From: Yoonia sp.
Lineage (GTDB): Bacteria; Pseudomonadota; Alphaproteobacteria; Rhodobacterales; Rhodobacteraceae
Direction of reading: 5' to 3'
Length of the DNA stretch: 64,000 nt
Assembly (NCBI GenBank): GCA_965658825.1
Contig: CBFHTU010000010.1
Coordinates: 13,866 to 77,865, forward strand
Below, one piece after another: positions 39,139 through 49,697 of this stretch. The position numbers and the translations under genes are program-made. The notes under the pieces are model-generated. The model worked only from the letters and a program-made list of their open reading frames with translations, had not been told where the DNA came from and did no database searches. Within the stretch, counting starts at the first letter, position 1, and each line of letters opens with the position of its first letter.

Positions 39139-40124
39139 GTTTTCAAAGCATCCCGAAGGTCGAGTTGCACTTGCATTTGGAGGGGGCGGCCCCGCCCCAA
39201 TTCATCGCCAGTCTGGCCCGAGAAAAGAAGATCGATATCTCCAAGATATTTGATGAAAACGGGAATTACGCCTATCAGGGCTTTGACCAGTTTCTCAACA
39301 CCTATGAGGCCGCCTGCCTGCCGTTGCAGAGCCCGCAAGACTTTTACCGCTTGACCCTGGCTGTGCTTGAAGAGACGGCAAGGCACGGTGTCGTCTACGC
39401 CGAAACCTTTGTTTCGCCCGACTTTTGTGGCGGTGGCGACGTGACCGCATGGCGCGAATATCTGGCCGCCATGAGCCAAGCCGCTTCCGAGGCCGAGCGC
39501 GATATGGGCATCACGCTCAAGGGCATTATCACCCCGATCCGCCATTTCGGGCCAGAGCGGGCCAAGTCCGTTGCCAAATGCGCAACCGAGACTTACGGCG
39601 ATTTTGTCGTTGGTTTCGGAATGGCGGGGGCCGAGATGGTCGGGCGCCCCAAGGACTATGCCTACAGCTTTGATATGGCACGCGAGGCGGGCTTGCCGCT
39701 GACATGTCATGCGGGCGAATGGGGTGGGCCTGATATGGTCGCCGACACGATCCGTGATCTGGGTGTCGGTCGCATCGGGCATGGGATCAATGCAGTGCAC
39801 GACCCGAAGCTGGTTGCCGAAATCGCCGAGAAAGGGATCGTGCTCGAAGTCTGTCCCGGATCAAATGTGGCCCTGAACGCGGTCAAGGATTGGGCCTCGC
39901 ACCCGATCCAGAAGCTGCGGGATGCAGGCGTTGCCGTGACCGTTTCAACCGATGATCCGCCCTTCTTTCACACAACGATGACTTATGAATGCGAGATGCT
40001 CGCCCGGACATTCGGCTGGGACGAGGCAGACTTTGCAGAAATCAATCGGACCGCCCTCAAAGCGGCCTATTGCAATGAGGCCACCCGCGCCAAAATCGCC
40101 AAAAAACTGGAGTCCGCCCAATGA
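39135..40124 (+). CDS. add: adenosine deaminase
   Basis: [18 protein letters not shown]...[14 protein letters not shown] overlap with deoB; start is M52 of ORF 38982..40124. Confidence 0.95.
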   Translation: MSFQSIPKVELHLHLEGAAPPQFIASLAREKKIDISKIFDENGNYAYQGFDQFLNTYEAACLPLQSPQDFYRLTLAVLEETARHGVVYAETFVSPDFCGGGDVTAWREYLAAMSQAASEAERDMGITLKGIITPIRHFGPERAKSVAKCATETYGDFVVGFGMAGAEMVGRPKDYAYSFDMAREAGLPLTCHAGEWGGPDMVADTIRDLGVGRIGHGINAVHDPKLVAEIAEKGIVLEVCPGSNVALNAVKDWASHPIQKLRDAGVAVTVSTDDPPFFHTTMTYECEMLARTFGWDEADFAEINRTALKAAYCNEATRAKIAKKLESAQ

Positions 40125-40753
40125 TCGACCACCTGACCCATGTGACCCACCCGCTGGTACAGCACAAACTGACACTGATGCGTGACAAAAACACGTCGAC
40201 AGGACCGTTTCGCCAGTTATTGCGCGAAATCGGCCAGTTGCTTGCCTATGAAGTGACCCGCGACCTGCCGATGACGACCCGTCGCATCGAGACCCCGATG
40301 GAGCCGATGGACGCCCCCGTGATCGACGGCAAGAAACTGGCGCTGGTGTCGATCTTGCGGGCTGGCAACGGGCTTTTGGATGGTGTTTTGGAGTTGATCC
40401 CCTCGGCGCGCGTCGGGTTTGTCGGGCTTTACCGCGACGAGAAAACCCTCCAGCCTGTGCAATATTACTTTAAAGTGCCGACCGAACTGGAAGACCGCCT
40501 TGTGATTGCCGTGGACCCGATGCTTGCGACGGGGAACTCCTCGGTTGCGGCCATTGACCTGCTCAAAAAGGCAGGGTCAAAGAACATCCGCTTCATGTGT
40601 TTGCTTGCAGCCCCCGAAGGGATCGCGCGGATGAAGGAGGCCCACCCCGATGTGCCGATCATCACAGCCGCAGTAGACAGCCACCTCAATGACCATGGAT
40701 ATATTGTTCCGGGGCTAGGGGATGCGGGTGACCGCATGTTTGGTACTAAATAA
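40121..40753 (+). CDS. upp: uracil phosphoribosyltransferase
   Basis: [14 protein letters not shown]...[10 protein letters not shown]...[16 protein letters not shown]. 210 aa. Confidence 0.95.
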   Translation: MIDHLTHVTHPLVQHKLTLMRDKNTSTGPFRQLLREIGQLLAYEVTRDLPMTTRRIETPMEPMDAPVIDGKKLALVSILRAGNGLLDGVLELIPSARVGFVGLYRDEKTLQPVQYYFKVPTELEDRLVIAVDPMLATGNSSVAAIDLLKKAGSKNIRFMCLLAAPEGIARMKEAHPDVPIITAAVDSHLNDHGYIVPGLGDAGDRMFGTK

Positions 40754-40841
40754 GGCCCTAAAATCCCGAGAATATCGAACAATCCCTTTACAAAAATGGG
40801 ATTGTTCTGCATCTTTGCCCCAATATCGAGTGGGGACATGA

Positions 40842-42389
40842 ATGGCGTATCGTGGAATTGTAAGTGCAGCGGCATTGATCTTGAGCCTGACGGGGCAAGC
40901 GGTATTCGCGCAATCAAGCGGATCACCTGCGGAAAACCCCCCTGCGACTTTCACGGGTAATCAATATGTGGACAGCAATGGCTGTGCGTTTATTCGTGCG
41001 GGCATTGGCGGCGTGGTCAACTGGGTGCCGCGCGTTGACCGACGCCGCGACCAGCTTTGCAATTTCCAGCCGACGTTTGCCGCAGCGACACCTCGTGCCA
41101 TCGAAGAGCCAGTGCCCGTTGTCGCGCCTGCGCCTGCGCCTGCGCCTGCGCCGACCGTTGGTGAGCCGATAAAAACAATCGCGTCGATAACAACGCCGCC
41201 TCGCGTGGTGCAAACCCCGACAGCAAAGACAGCCACGGCGCGGTCGCCACGTATTGTGCCCCGAGCGGCCCCTGCGCCGCAGCCCGCGCCTGTCCCCGTG
41301 GTCGCACTAGCACCAGTCGCGGCCCCTGCGCCGCTTCAAAAGTTGGCTGATTTCTGCGTTGGCCGCACGGGTCCGCAGCCGGGCTTCGTGAGCAACCGCA
41401 CCGGCAAGACCATTGACTGTGGCGGCGCGCCTGCGCCCGTCGCATCTGCCGCAAGTGCGCCCGTGATTGCGGCAGCGCCCGTCCGTCAAACCAAGGCGGC
41501 ATTCTGCGTGGGGCGCAGCGGCCCACAGCCGGGTTTTGTGAGTAGCACGACAGGCCAAACTATTGACTGCGGCGGCGCTGCGCTCGCACCTGTTATGGCG
41601 GCTGCAGCACCGCGCACAATGACGATGGGGCAGATCTGCGCCGATATCAGCGACACGGGGCGCCAGTATATCAGTATCGCGACCGGATTGCCTGTCCGCT
41701 GCGGCACGCAAACACAGCCTGTTTTCTCTGGAGCCATCGCAAGTTTGGGCGCTCCCATGAGCCCAAGCGTGCCAATGGCGCCAATCGTGACCCCGCGGGC
41801 TGATGCACAAGCACAATGCCCGGCGCTTTTGCTGGGCGTGCAGGGAGGTGTTGTCCGCTGTGGCCCGCAAACCCAGCCGATCACAATGGCCTCTGCGCAA
41901 ATGGCAGGCCGTGCCTCGACGACTGGCACATCGGCCTTCAGTGCAGTCCAGCCGGCCAAAGCCCCGGCCTCCAACCCCGTTGGCACAGCGCAAAGCGAAG
42001 TTGTGGCACCGCCAAAAGGATACACCCGTATCTGGAACGATGGACGCCATAATCCGAACCGTGGTTTGCCAAAGGCGACCCTCATAGAGGCTCAATCCTC
42101 GCCCGCATTGCAGGCCCGCGTGTCGTCGCGTGGTGTTGCGCCGCAGGTCACGGCCGCGCCTAGCCGGCGTTTTGTGCAGGTCGGCAGCTTTGCCGATGCC
42201 GCCAATGCGCAGCGTGTCGGGCAACAGTTTATGGCGATGGGTCTGCCTGTTGGCATCGCGAACACAACTCGCAACGGCACGGCGATCAAGGTCGTCTTGC
42301 TTGGCCCATTCGGTAACACATCCGCATTGAACCGTGGACTCTCAGCGGCACGCAGCGCAGGCTACGGCGACGCATATACACGGAACTAA
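40842..42389 (+). CDS. SPOR domain-containing protein with Cys-pair repeat modules
   Basis: Signal-like N-terminus ([16 protein letters not shown]), a PAPAPAPAP linker, repeated FCVGR(T/S)[16 protein letters not shown] units, and a C-terminal SPOR domain ([22 protein letters not shown]...VVLLGPF). Confidence 0.85.
   Translation: MAYRGIVSAAALILSLTGQAVFAQSSGSPAENPPATFTGNQYVDSNGCAFIRAGIGGVVNWVPRVDRRRDQLCNFQPTFAAATPRAIEEPVPVVAPAPAPAPAPTVGEPIKTIASITTPPRVVQTPTAKTATARSPRIVPRAAPAPQPAPVPVVALAPVAAPAPLQKLADFCVGRTGPQPGFVSNRTGKTIDCGGAPAPVASAASAPVIAAAPVRQTKAAFCVGRSGPQPGFVSSTTGQTIDCGGAALAPVMAAAAPRTMTMGQICADISDTGRQYISIATGLPVRCGTQTQPVFSGAIASLGAPMSPSVPMAPIVTPRADAQAQCPALLLGVQGGVVRCGPQTQPITMASAQMAGRASTTGTSAFSAVQPAKAPASNPVGTAQSEVVAPPKGYTRIWNDGRHNPNRGLPKATLIEAQSSPALQARVSSRGVAPQVTAAPSRRFVQVGSFADAANAQRVGQQFMAMGLPVGIANTTRNGTAIKVVLLGPFGNTSALNRGLSAARSAGYGDAYTRN
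41124..41152 (+). repeat. (GCGCCT)n hexanucleotide tandem repeat, about 4.8 units, in frame
   Basis: gcgcct x4 plus gcgcc. It encodes the (AP)n linker of the SPOR protein. Confidence 0.9.
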
Positions 42390-42408
42390 CCAGTCTCCCG
42401 GGAAAGGG

Positions 42409-42437
42409 CCCTGCAATCTTTTGCGGGGTCTTTTCTT
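42409..42437 (+). terminator. Rho-independent terminator of the SPOR gene
   Basis: CCCTGCAA/TTGCGGGG form an 8-bp stem (one G-U pair) with loop TCTT, followed by TCTTTTCTT. Confidence 0.6.
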
Positions 42438-42451
42438 GTGCGCAGGGCCGA

Positions 42452-43471
42452 TTAGTTGATGCAGATCCCCTGCAATCGCACCCAATCCGCATCGGATAAT
42501 ATCTCGGGCTCGTCGCGCTCTGCAAAAGGATCGTTGGCGATGAGTGCGCGGGTGCGCTGGCCTGATGCGTCGCGCGCATAGGCGAAGGGGCCTGTGGGAA
42601 TTTTGGCCGTCGCAAAGGCTGCGACGAGCGCCTTGTCGATTGGGAAGGCTGCCTCGGCTTCTGTGGTGTCGCGGGCGAAATCGGCCAGAGAGGCCGCAGG
42701 CAATTCTCCAGTCGTCAAAAGGCCCATCGTCTGGCGCAGGCCAACCGCCTTGAGAACTGCGGCCATCGGGTCTTGACGCGCGCGGGTCTCTGCGGCCGCA
42801 ACGATATATCCTGCAGCAATGGCGGGGTCTTCGGCGTTTTCGATCACGCGACGGTCGAGCAGAATGAGCCCCCCGGGCAAAGCGACCGAGCCGCTTGCAA
42901 GTTGCGGCAAGACGATCACTTGACCGTCGGCTTCGGGCCCGAAAAGCCGGATGTGCAAATCGTCCATCGCCGCAACACCTGCCTCATTGCGGCACCGTGG
43001 GCCAGTCAGCCCTTGGATATGACCGAGAATATAAGCCCCAATTTCCGTGCGTTTGGGCAACGGGACCACCGACATCGTTTGCCGCACCAGCGCACCGGGG
43101 AGCCAGAACACCGCGAGCCCAACGGTCGCCGCGATCACGCTGACGGTCAGTAAATGCCGCAGCTTGCCCGGTTTGGGGCGCGATTTTGCAAGGGAGGCGA
43201 GCACTTTCTCGATAGCGTCAATCATCGCCTGATCGTCGACTTCGAGCGTCTCGTCTTCGCCATCGCTGGGGCCGAAAACCGCAGGCATGACATTCGGGTT
43301 CTGGCGCACGATCGCAGGGAGCGACCAATGCGTCAGGGGGCGGCCAGCGCTGTCGGAAATGACCAACGTAGCCTGTCCAAAGCTCACAAGGACGTCGCGG
43401 CGCTGCGCATCCGCGTTGGCGCGCCAAAGCCCGCCGCTTTCTAACCGTTCATATTCACGGAGTGCCGTCAT
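42452..43471 (-). CDS. hypothetical membrane-anchored protein
   Basis: 339 aa with one central TM (LLTVSVIAATVGLAVFWLPGAL). I recognise no family. Coding-like composition. Confidence 0.6.
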   Translation of the reverse strand: MTALREYERLESGGLWRANADAQRRDVLVSFGQATLVISDSAGRPLTHWSLPAIVRQNPNVMPAVFGPSDGEDETLEVDDQAMIDAIEKVLASLAKSRPKPGKLRHLLTVSVIAATVGLAVFWLPGALVRQTMSVVPLPKRTEIGAYILGHIQGLTGPRCRNEAGVAAMDDLHIRLFGPEADGQVIVLPQLASGSVALPGGLILLDRRVIENAEDPAIAAGYIVAAAETRARQDPMAAVLKAVGLRQTMGLLTTGELPAASLADFARDTTEAEAAFPIDKALVAAFATAKIPTGPFAYARDASGQRTRALIANDPFAERDEPEILSDADWVRLQGICIN

Positions 43472-43531
43472 GTGCCTGCTTTTTTTACTTATCTCCAGTG
43501 TAACGGCGAAATTGCGGAATGGGTAGATGCC

Positions 43532-45157
43532 TTAGAGTGTCTTGGCGATGACCCGGAGCTCGAATTTCTGGATTTTCCCCGTCGATGTCTTGGGCAGTTC
43601 AAGGAAAACCACCCGCTTGGGGCATTTAAAGCCCGCAAGTTTCGTGCGCATGAAGGCAATGATTTCGGCCTCGTCGCCCGCAGCACCCTCTTTGAGTTCG
43701 ACGAAGGCGCAGGGGACTTCGCCCCATTTCTCATCGGCCTTGGCAACAACCGCGCAAAGGCTGACACAGGGGTGGCTCATCAGCGCGCCTTCGACTTCGA
43801 CAGAGCTGATATTCTCGCCGCCCGAAATGATGATATCCTTGAGCCGGTCGGCAATCTGCATAGAGCCGTTGGCGTGCTGGATCGCGAGATCCTCGGAATG
43901 GAAATACCCGCCAGCAAAGGCTTTTTTCGTGGCCTCGGGGTTGCGGTAATAGCCTTTCATCACGGCATTGCCGCGCATGACAATCTCGCCTTGGGTCGCG
44001 GCGTCCATCGGCACCTGAACCATATTCGTGTCCATGACAGTCACGTCTTCCATCATCGGAAACGCGACCCCTTGGCGGGCCTTGATGCTGGCCTGTTCGT
44101 CGTCGGGCAGCGCATCCCAAGCCTGATCCCAGATGCATTCTGTCACATGGCCGTAGGTCTCGGTCAGACCGTAAACCTGCGTGATATGGAAGCCGAGCTT
44201 GCCCACAGCCGCGAGTGTCGCAGGGGCAGGGGGCGCACCGGCGGTAAAGACTTCGACGGCGTGATCAAATTTGCGCCGGTCAGCATCTTTCGCGTTCACG
44301 ATGAGATTGAGCACAATCGGTGCCCCGCCAAAATGCGTCACCCCATGATCGCCAATCGCATCATAAATAGCCTTGGCCGTGATGTCACGGCAGCAGACGA
44401 CCGTGCCACCCAGCGCGGGCATCATCCATGTGTGGTTCCAGCCGTTGCAATGGAACAGCGGTACGATTTGCAGGTAGGTAATGAACAGCGGCAACTGCCA
44501 GGAGATCGGCGTGCCCATCGTCATCAGATAGGCGCCACGATGGTGATAGACGACCCCCTTGGGTCGCCCTGTTGTGCCAGAAGTATAGTTGAGAGCGAGG
44601 CTTTCCCATTCGTCCTGCGGCATGATCCATGCAAAATCAGGATCGCCCGTGCCGAGAAAATCTTCATAGCTGGTATGGGTGCCTGAGGCAGTATGCCCTG
44701 CGACTGCATCAGGCACTTCGATGATCAAGGGGGCCGGCCCGTCCATCATCGCAACCGCCGCCTCAACCAAGGGCAAGAACTGCGTGTCGACCAGCACAAC
44801 TTTGGCCCCGCCATGGTCGAAAATATAGGACACGGTATCGACATCCAGCCGGGTGTTGATCGTGTTAAGCACGGCAGCACAGGCAGGCACGCCAAAAGCG
44901 GCCTCTGATTGCGCAGGGATATTTGGCAGCACGGTCGCCACCACATCGCCTGGCGCCACGCCCGCCTTCACCAGCGCAGAGGCCAGTCGAGATGCCCTTG
45001 CGTGATAGTCCGCATAGGTCAGCCGTACATCACCGTAGATCAGTGCCGTCCGATCGGCAAAGACGGCCCGCGCGCGGTTTAAATGGGAAAGCGGCGATAG
45101 CGGCACATAATTGGCGGCGCATTTCTCCAATCCACTCTCGTCAGACATCCATCCCAT
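43532..45157 (-). CDS. acyl-CoA synthetase (AMP-binding, medium-chain type)
   Basis: YTSGTTGRPKGVVYHHRG AMP motif and C-terminal PKTSTGKIQK. 541 aa. Confidence 0.9.
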   Translation of the reverse strand: MGWMSDESGLEKCAANYVPLSPLSHLNRARAVFADRTALIYGDVRLTYADYHARASRLASALVKAGVAPGDVVATVLPNIPAQSEAAFGVPACAAVLNTINTRLDVDTVSYIFDHGGAKVVLVDTQFLPLVEAAVAMMDGPAPLIIEVPDAVAGHTASGTHTSYEDFLGTGDPDFAWIMPQDEWESLALNYTSGTTGRPKGVVYHHRGAYLMTMGTPISWQLPLFITYLQIVPLFHCNGWNHTWMMPALGGTVVCCRDITAKAIYDAIGDHGVTHFGGAPIVLNLIVNAKDADRRKFDHAVEVFTAGAPPAPATLAAVGKLGFHITQVYGLTETYGHVTECIWDQAWDALPDDEQASIKARQGVAFPMMEDVTVMDTNMVQVPMDAATQGEIVMRGNAVMKGYYRNPEATKKAFAGGYFHSEDLAIQHANGSMQIADRLKDIIISGGENISSVEVEGALMSHPCVSLCAVVAKADEKWGEVPCAFVELKEGAAGDEAEIIAFMRTKLAGFKCPKRVVFLELPKTSTGKIQKFELRVIAKTL

Positions 45158-45184
45158 GCGTTACCCTCCCTGTTCCGCTTGCCT

Positions 45185-45213
45185 GTTGACACTAGGATAT
45201 GTCAGACATTTAA
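45185..45213 (+). promoter_or_regulatory. candidate sigma70-type promoter with an overlapping dyad, upstream of the DMT gene
   Basis: TTGACA(45185-90)-N17-TTTAAA(45208-13). The TGACA-N8-TGTCA dyad (45186..45203) overlaps the spacer. Confidence 0.3.
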
Positions 45214-45249
45214 ATCAATGGGTAATTGTGCCCCGTAAAGGATCACCAG

Positions 45250-46143
45250 ATGTCAACGACTATGCACCCGACACGCGCCGCCTTTTTGATCCTCGCCGGC
45301 ATGGCTGTGCTGGGGTTTGCAGATAATCTGGTACCGCATATTTCCGCCGAAAGCTCGCTTTGGCAGTTCCACATGATCCGCGGTGCGATGGTCGTGCTCG
45401 CGCTCTCCGTGGCATCACTTTTCGGGGCGGGAGCGCTTTGGCCGCGCAAGCCCAAAGCCGTCTTGGCGCGCAGCGCCTTTACCGCAGGCGCCATGCTGAT
45501 CTACTTTGGGTGCCTTGCCATCCTGCCCATCGGGGTTGTCGTTGCGGGGCTGTTTACGGCCCCCCTTTTTGTGTTGATCATCTCGGTGTTGTTTCAAGGG
45601 CAAACCGTCGGATGGGTCAGGTGGGTCTCGGTGGCCCTCGGCTTCACTGGCGCTCTCATGGTGATCCGTCCCGACCCGAATGCGCTTGATATCGTGGCGT
45701 TCCTGCCCATCGGCGCGGGCTTGCTCTATGCGATTGGCGCGATTGCCACGCGGGCATGGTGCGACGATGAGGACACGCTCACCCTTTCGGTCTGGTTCTT
45801 TGGCTTGCTCACGGTCTTCGGGTTGCTGGGCGTGCTTGTTCTCCCCGCCGGGGACAGCGGTGCGGCTGGTTTCCCGTTGCGCGGCTGGATGCCACTTTCA
45901 AGCGCGATGCTGGGGTGGTATGTGGTTCTCGCCATCGGCGCACTGACCGGAATCGTGTGTGTTTTCAAGGCTTACCAAATTGGCGAGGCGAGCTACGTTG
46001 CGGTTTTTGAATATTCGCTGCTGATTTTTGCAAGCTTCTGGGCGTGGAAGCTGTGGGATCAAAGCGTGCCGCCACTAGGCCTGCTTGGTATGGGGCTCAT
46101 CATCGGGGCGGGGACCATCATTGCGATCCGGACCGCCGAATGA
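45250..46143 (+). CDS. DMT (EamA-like) family transporter
   Basis: About 10 TM segments. Start at ATG 45250 (MSTTMHPTRAAFLILAG). Confidence 0.85.
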   Translation: MSTTMHPTRAAFLILAGMAVLGFADNLVPHISAESSLWQFHMIRGAMVVLALSVASLFGAGALWPRKPKAVLARSAFTAGAMLIYFGCLAILPIGVVVAGLFTAPLFVLIISVLFQGQTVGWVRWVSVALGFTGALMVIRPDPNALDIVAFLPIGAGLLYAIGAIATRAWCDDEDTLTLSVWFFGLLTVFGLLGVLVLPAGDSGAAGFPLRGWMPLSSAMLGWYVVLAIGALTGIVCVFKAYQIGEASYVAVFEYSLLIFASFWAWKLWDQSVPPLGLLGMGLIIGAGTIIAIRTAE

Positions 46144-46766
46144 TCCTCTCGACTGGTCGGAGCTATATTTTTGCGCATATACCGAAAACCGGCGGCACCG
46201 CCCTTGCCGCCGCCCTCGAAACCCGTGCAATGAAAGACGACATTCTGATCGGCGATACGCCCAAGGCGCAAAAGCGCAAAAGTAAACTGAAAGGCCTTAG
46301 TGTCAAAGGAAGGATTTGGAAGCATAGCACTGTGGACGATATGCAAGGTCTGGTTGACCCGGCGGGCATGTTCGTCTTTACCTTGGTGCGTAACCCTTGG
46401 GACAGGCTGGTCAGCTATTATACATGGCTGCAAAGCCAATCGTTTGACCACCCTGCAATCACGCTCGCAAAAACAGCGTCCTTCAGTGCATTTCTGAACC
46501 ATCCCATGACACAAGTGGCGCTTCTCAAGAACCCGTATAAATCCTTTGTGACGGCAGAGGCGCATTTCTTCCGGCTTGAGCATCTCACGCATGATATCGC
46601 GCCGCTTTGGGAACACTTAGGCTTTGAGCTTACTATTGGGCGGGCCAATCAATCCGCCCGCCCGCGCGACTGGCGACCGTTTTATGCAAGCGCCGATGCC
46701 GATCTTGTCGCCAAGCTCTGTGCCGAAGACATTGCACGCTCGGCCTATCAATTCGACCCGAGCTGA
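46140..46766 (+). CDS. sulfotransferase family protein
   Basis: FAHIPKTGGTAL is a PAPS-binding 5'-PSB-like loop; RNPWDRLVSYY also present. ATGA overlap with the DMT gene. Confidence 0.7.
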   Translation: MILSTGRSYIFAHIPKTGGTALAAALETRAMKDDILIGDTPKAQKRKSKLKGLSVKGRIWKHSTVDDMQGLVDPAGMFVFTLVRNPWDRLVSYYTWLQSQSFDHPAITLAKTASFSAFLNHPMTQVALLKNPYKSFVTAEAHFFRLEHLTHDIAPLWEHLGFELTIGRANQSARPRDWRPFYASADADLVAKLCAEDIARSAYQFDPS

Positions 46767-46810
46767 TCCCGAAAGACCTCCGCAGGCGGATCGACCCTCA
46801 GGCCAGTGTA

Positions 46811-46857
46811 ATGGGCGCAGACCTTGCGAGCGGCGCCCATTTTTCGTCGAAAAATGG
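46811..46857. terminator. nested hairpins between convergent genes
   Basis: ATGGGCGC/GCGCCCAT stem followed by TTTT (plus-strand terminator). It overlaps the palindrome CCATTTTTCG-T-CGAAAAATGG (46837..46857), which abuts the FadB-like stop. Confidence 0.55.
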
Positions 46858-46858
46858 T

Positions 46859-49057
46859 TTACGCGGCCTTCGCATCTTGACCGAAACGCCCGTAGAACGA
46901 CTGGCCCTTGTCACCCATCTCACGCAGAAGCGCAGGCGTGGCGAAGCGCGGACCAAACTTGTCGGCCAGCTCATCACAACGCTCGGCGGCGTAAGGCGTG
47001 CCCATAATATCAAGCCAGCTAAACGGACCACCCGACCAAGGCGCAAAGCCCCAGCCAAGGATCGCACCGACATCGCCTTCGCGGATATCTTCGAGCACGC
47101 CTTCTTCCAGCGCGCGGACCGCCTCAAGAACTTGGGCGAACATCAGGCGATGCTGCACGGTAATCAGGTCGGGTTGGTCGGCAGATACGGGGTATTTCGC
47201 CTCAAGGCCGTCCCAAAGCAACTGACGCTTGCCTTTGTCGTCATAGGCATAGAAGCCTGCGTTTGACTTGCGGCCCAAGCGGCCCTCATCAAACATCCAG
47301 AACAGGACCTCATCCACCTCGCCGTCAGGATAGGCGTCACCCATCGCGGCCTTTGTCGCCTTGGCAATCTTCACGCCCAGATCAACAGAGGTTTCGTCGA
47401 CCAATTGCAGCGGCCCAAGCGGGAAGCCCAAGAGCTTTGCCGCATTTTCGATCAGCGCCGGCTCCACACCCTCCTTCACCATCCGGATACCTTCGTTGAT
47501 GTAGGGAATGATACAACGGTTGGCATAAAAGAAACGCTCGTCATTCACGACAATCGGGGTCTTTTTGATCTGGCGCACAAAATCAAGCGCCTTGGCCACG
47601 GCCAGATCACCCGTCAGCTTGCCCTTGATGATTTCGACCAGAAGCATCTTGTCGACAGGGCTAAAGAAGTGGATGCCGATAAACTTTTCCGCGTCCATGC
47701 TCGCCTTCGCCAGTTCGGTGATTGGCAGGGTCGAGGTATTTGTCGCGAAGATGCAATCGGGACCGGTCACAGCCTGCACGCGTGCCGTCACATCCGCCTT
47801 GACGCCCACATCCTCGAACACGGCTTCCACGATCAGATCGCACCCCTTCAGGGCCGCGTAATCTGTCGTCGCATTGATCAGGCCAAGCACGGCCTCTTTC
47901 TTCTCCAGGGTCGCTTTCTTGCGGGCGATACCCTTGTCCATATAGGCGGCGGTGTAGGATTTGCCCTTATCGGCCGCCTCTTGTTTGGCGTCGATCAGCA
48001 CCACTTTGATCCCTGCAAGAGCAGAGACAAGCGCGATACCCGCCCCCATCATGCCCGCACCGATCACGCCCACTTGGGTGACCTTTTGGTCGATCACAGC
48101 AGGGCGGTTCGCGCCTTTCTCAAGTGCCTCTTTGTTGATGAAGAGCGAGCGGATCATTGCTTCGGACGAGGGGTTCAGCAGCACATGGGTGAACCAGCGC
48201 GCCTCGATTTTGATCGCCGTATCAAACGGGACCATTGCGCCTTCATAGACTGCCGAGAGCAAGGCTTTGGCAGCAGGGAACGCGCCTTGCGTCTTGCCGT
48301 TGACCATCGCCGAGGCGCCCACAAAGGTCATAAAGCCGGCAGGGTGGTACGGCGTGCCGCCCGGCATCTTATAGCCCTTCTCATCCCAAGGCTTCACGAT
48401 GGAAGGTTGCGACAACACCCAAGCTTTTGCGGCAGAGAGCAGCTCGTCGGCAGGGACAACCTCATCCACAAGCCCAGCTTGCTTGGCGCGCATCGGATCG
48501 GACAGCTTGCCTTCCAACAAAAACGGCGAGGCACTCATCGCGCCCATTTTGCGCACAAGCCGCGTTGTGCCGCCCATGCCCGGAAAAATGCCGACCATTA
48601 TCTCGGGCAGACCGATCTTGGCCTTGGGATTGTCGGCAACAAAGATGCGGTGACAGGCCAGCGGAATCTCGAACCCGATGCCAAGACCCGTGCCCTGCAT
48701 CGCGCAGGCAATCGGTTTGCCGCCTTTGTTGGTCTTGGGATCCATGCCCGCGCGCTCGATCTTGCGCAGGACTGCATGGCTGGCCATCAGCCCGTCCATC
48801 AGGCCACGCGCAGGGTCGTCGCCCGCGCTTTCCTTCATCTTGGCGATGATGTTGAGGTCCATCCCGCCTGCAAAAGATCCTTCCTTGCCGGAGGTGATGA
48901 TCACACCCTTTACCGCATCATCGGCCAGCGCTTGATCAATGAGCGCATCAAGGTCGACAAACCCCTGCTGGTTCATCACGTTCATCGATTTGCCCACGGT
49001 ATCCCATGTAATCGTCGCGACGCCGTCCGCGTCGGTTTTCATCGTAAAGTCGGTCAT
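46859..49057 (-). CDS. multifunctional enoyl-CoA hydratase / 3-hydroxyacyl-CoA dehydrogenase (FadB/FadJ-like)
   Basis: N-terminal crotonase fold, then the GVIGAGMMGAGIA Rossmann motif. AGGAG-N6-ATG at 49057. Confidence 0.9.
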   Translation of the reverse strand: MTDFTMKTDADGVATITWDTVGKSMNVMNQQGFVDLDALIDQALADDAVKGVIITSGKEGSFAGGMDLNIIAKMKESAGDDPARGLMDGLMASHAVLRKIERAGMDPKTNKGGKPIACAMQGTGLGIGFEIPLACHRIFVADNPKAKIGLPEIMVGIFPGMGGTTRLVRKMGAMSASPFLLEGKLSDPMRAKQAGLVDEVVPADELLSAAKAWVLSQPSIVKPWDEKGYKMPGGTPYHPAGFMTFVGASAMVNGKTQGAFPAAKALLSAVYEGAMVPFDTAIKIEARWFTHVLLNPSSEAMIRSLFINKEALEKGANRPAVIDQKVTQVGVIGAGMMGAGIALVSALAGIKVVLIDAKQEAADKGKSYTAAYMDKGIARKKATLEKKEAVLGLINATTDYAALKGCDLIVEAVFEDVGVKADVTARVQAVTGPDCIFATNTSTLPITELAKASMDAEKFIGIHFFSPVDKMLLVEIIKGKLTGDLAVAKALDFVRQIKKTPIVVNDERFFYANRCIIPYINEGIRMVKEGVEPALIENAAKLLGFPLGPLQLVDETSVDLGVKIAKATKAAMGDAYPDGEVDEVLFWMFDEGRLGRKSNAGFYAYDDKGKRQLLWDGLEAKYPVSADQPDLITVQHRLMFAQVLEAVRALEEGVLEDIREGDVGAILGWGFAPWSGGPFSWLDIMGTPYAAERCDELADKFGPRFATPALLREMGDKGQSFYGRFGQDAKAA

Positions 49058-49088
49058 CGTCATCTCCTGAGTATGGGGTGCGCGCGCC

Positions 49089-49571
49089 TTAGAGCGCGTC
49101 ATTCGTCGGGTTTTGCGCATTGCGCGAAAGTTTCTGTAAAGCCTGTGTCAGGCCTGCATCGGCGCCGACGGCATAGTCGCTTTTGGCAACACGCCAGACG
49201 CCATCGGTGCGGGTGATCAATGAAAAGCTGGGGTAGGGGTCTTTGACGCGCCGGTTGCCCGACATCAAATGGGTGATATGCATTGCTTTGACGGTATCGG
49301 GGCCGTCAAAATTGGCAGACATGCATTTGCGCACAATATCGGTAACTTGCAGTGCTGCAAAGTAATCGCAGTTCATCCTGAACATCGCCTCAAGCTCACC
49401 GACCGTTTCAATGCTCTTTTGTGCATCAAACGTGGTGATCTTATGCGGCAAGGAAAATGCGGGTGCAAAACCCGAAAAGTCTCGCGCCTTAATTGCCTCG
49501 CCGGTGCTGTCAAGCAAGGCATCGCTAATCGCGACGGCATCGGGATTGCTCAGTATATCACTCTCAGTCAT
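49089..49571 (-). CDS. hypothetical protein, paralog A of a tandem pair (possibly NTF2-like fold)
   Basis: AGGAG-N6-ATG at 49571. 160 aa. Alignable by eye with the next ORF (DF..F...LP...; DG.WR near the C-terminus). Confidence 0.6.
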   Translation of the reverse strand: MTESDILSNPDAVAISDALLDSTGEAIKARDFSGFAPAFSLPHKITTFDAQKSIETVGELEAMFRMNCDYFAALQVTDIVRKCMSANFDGPDTVKAMHITHLMSGNRRVKDPYPSFSLITRTDGVWRVAKSDYAVGADAGLTQALQKLSRNAQNPTNDAL

Positions 49572-49697
49572 AACAACTCCTGACAAAGGCTTTCAACAAT
49601 TTCGACCGTTTCGAGGCGGCTCTTTTCAAAGTCGCTTGTCGTGTTTCCTCACGCATCGCGCCGATGATCGGGAGCGGGTCCGGGCAAAGCGGGTGTG

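Noticed and set aside
41124-41152. (GCGCCT)n as a CRISPR-like or non-coding VNTR.
   Set aside because: There are only about 5 contiguous units with no spacers. The repeat is in frame inside the SPOR gene, where it encodes an Ala-Pro linker.
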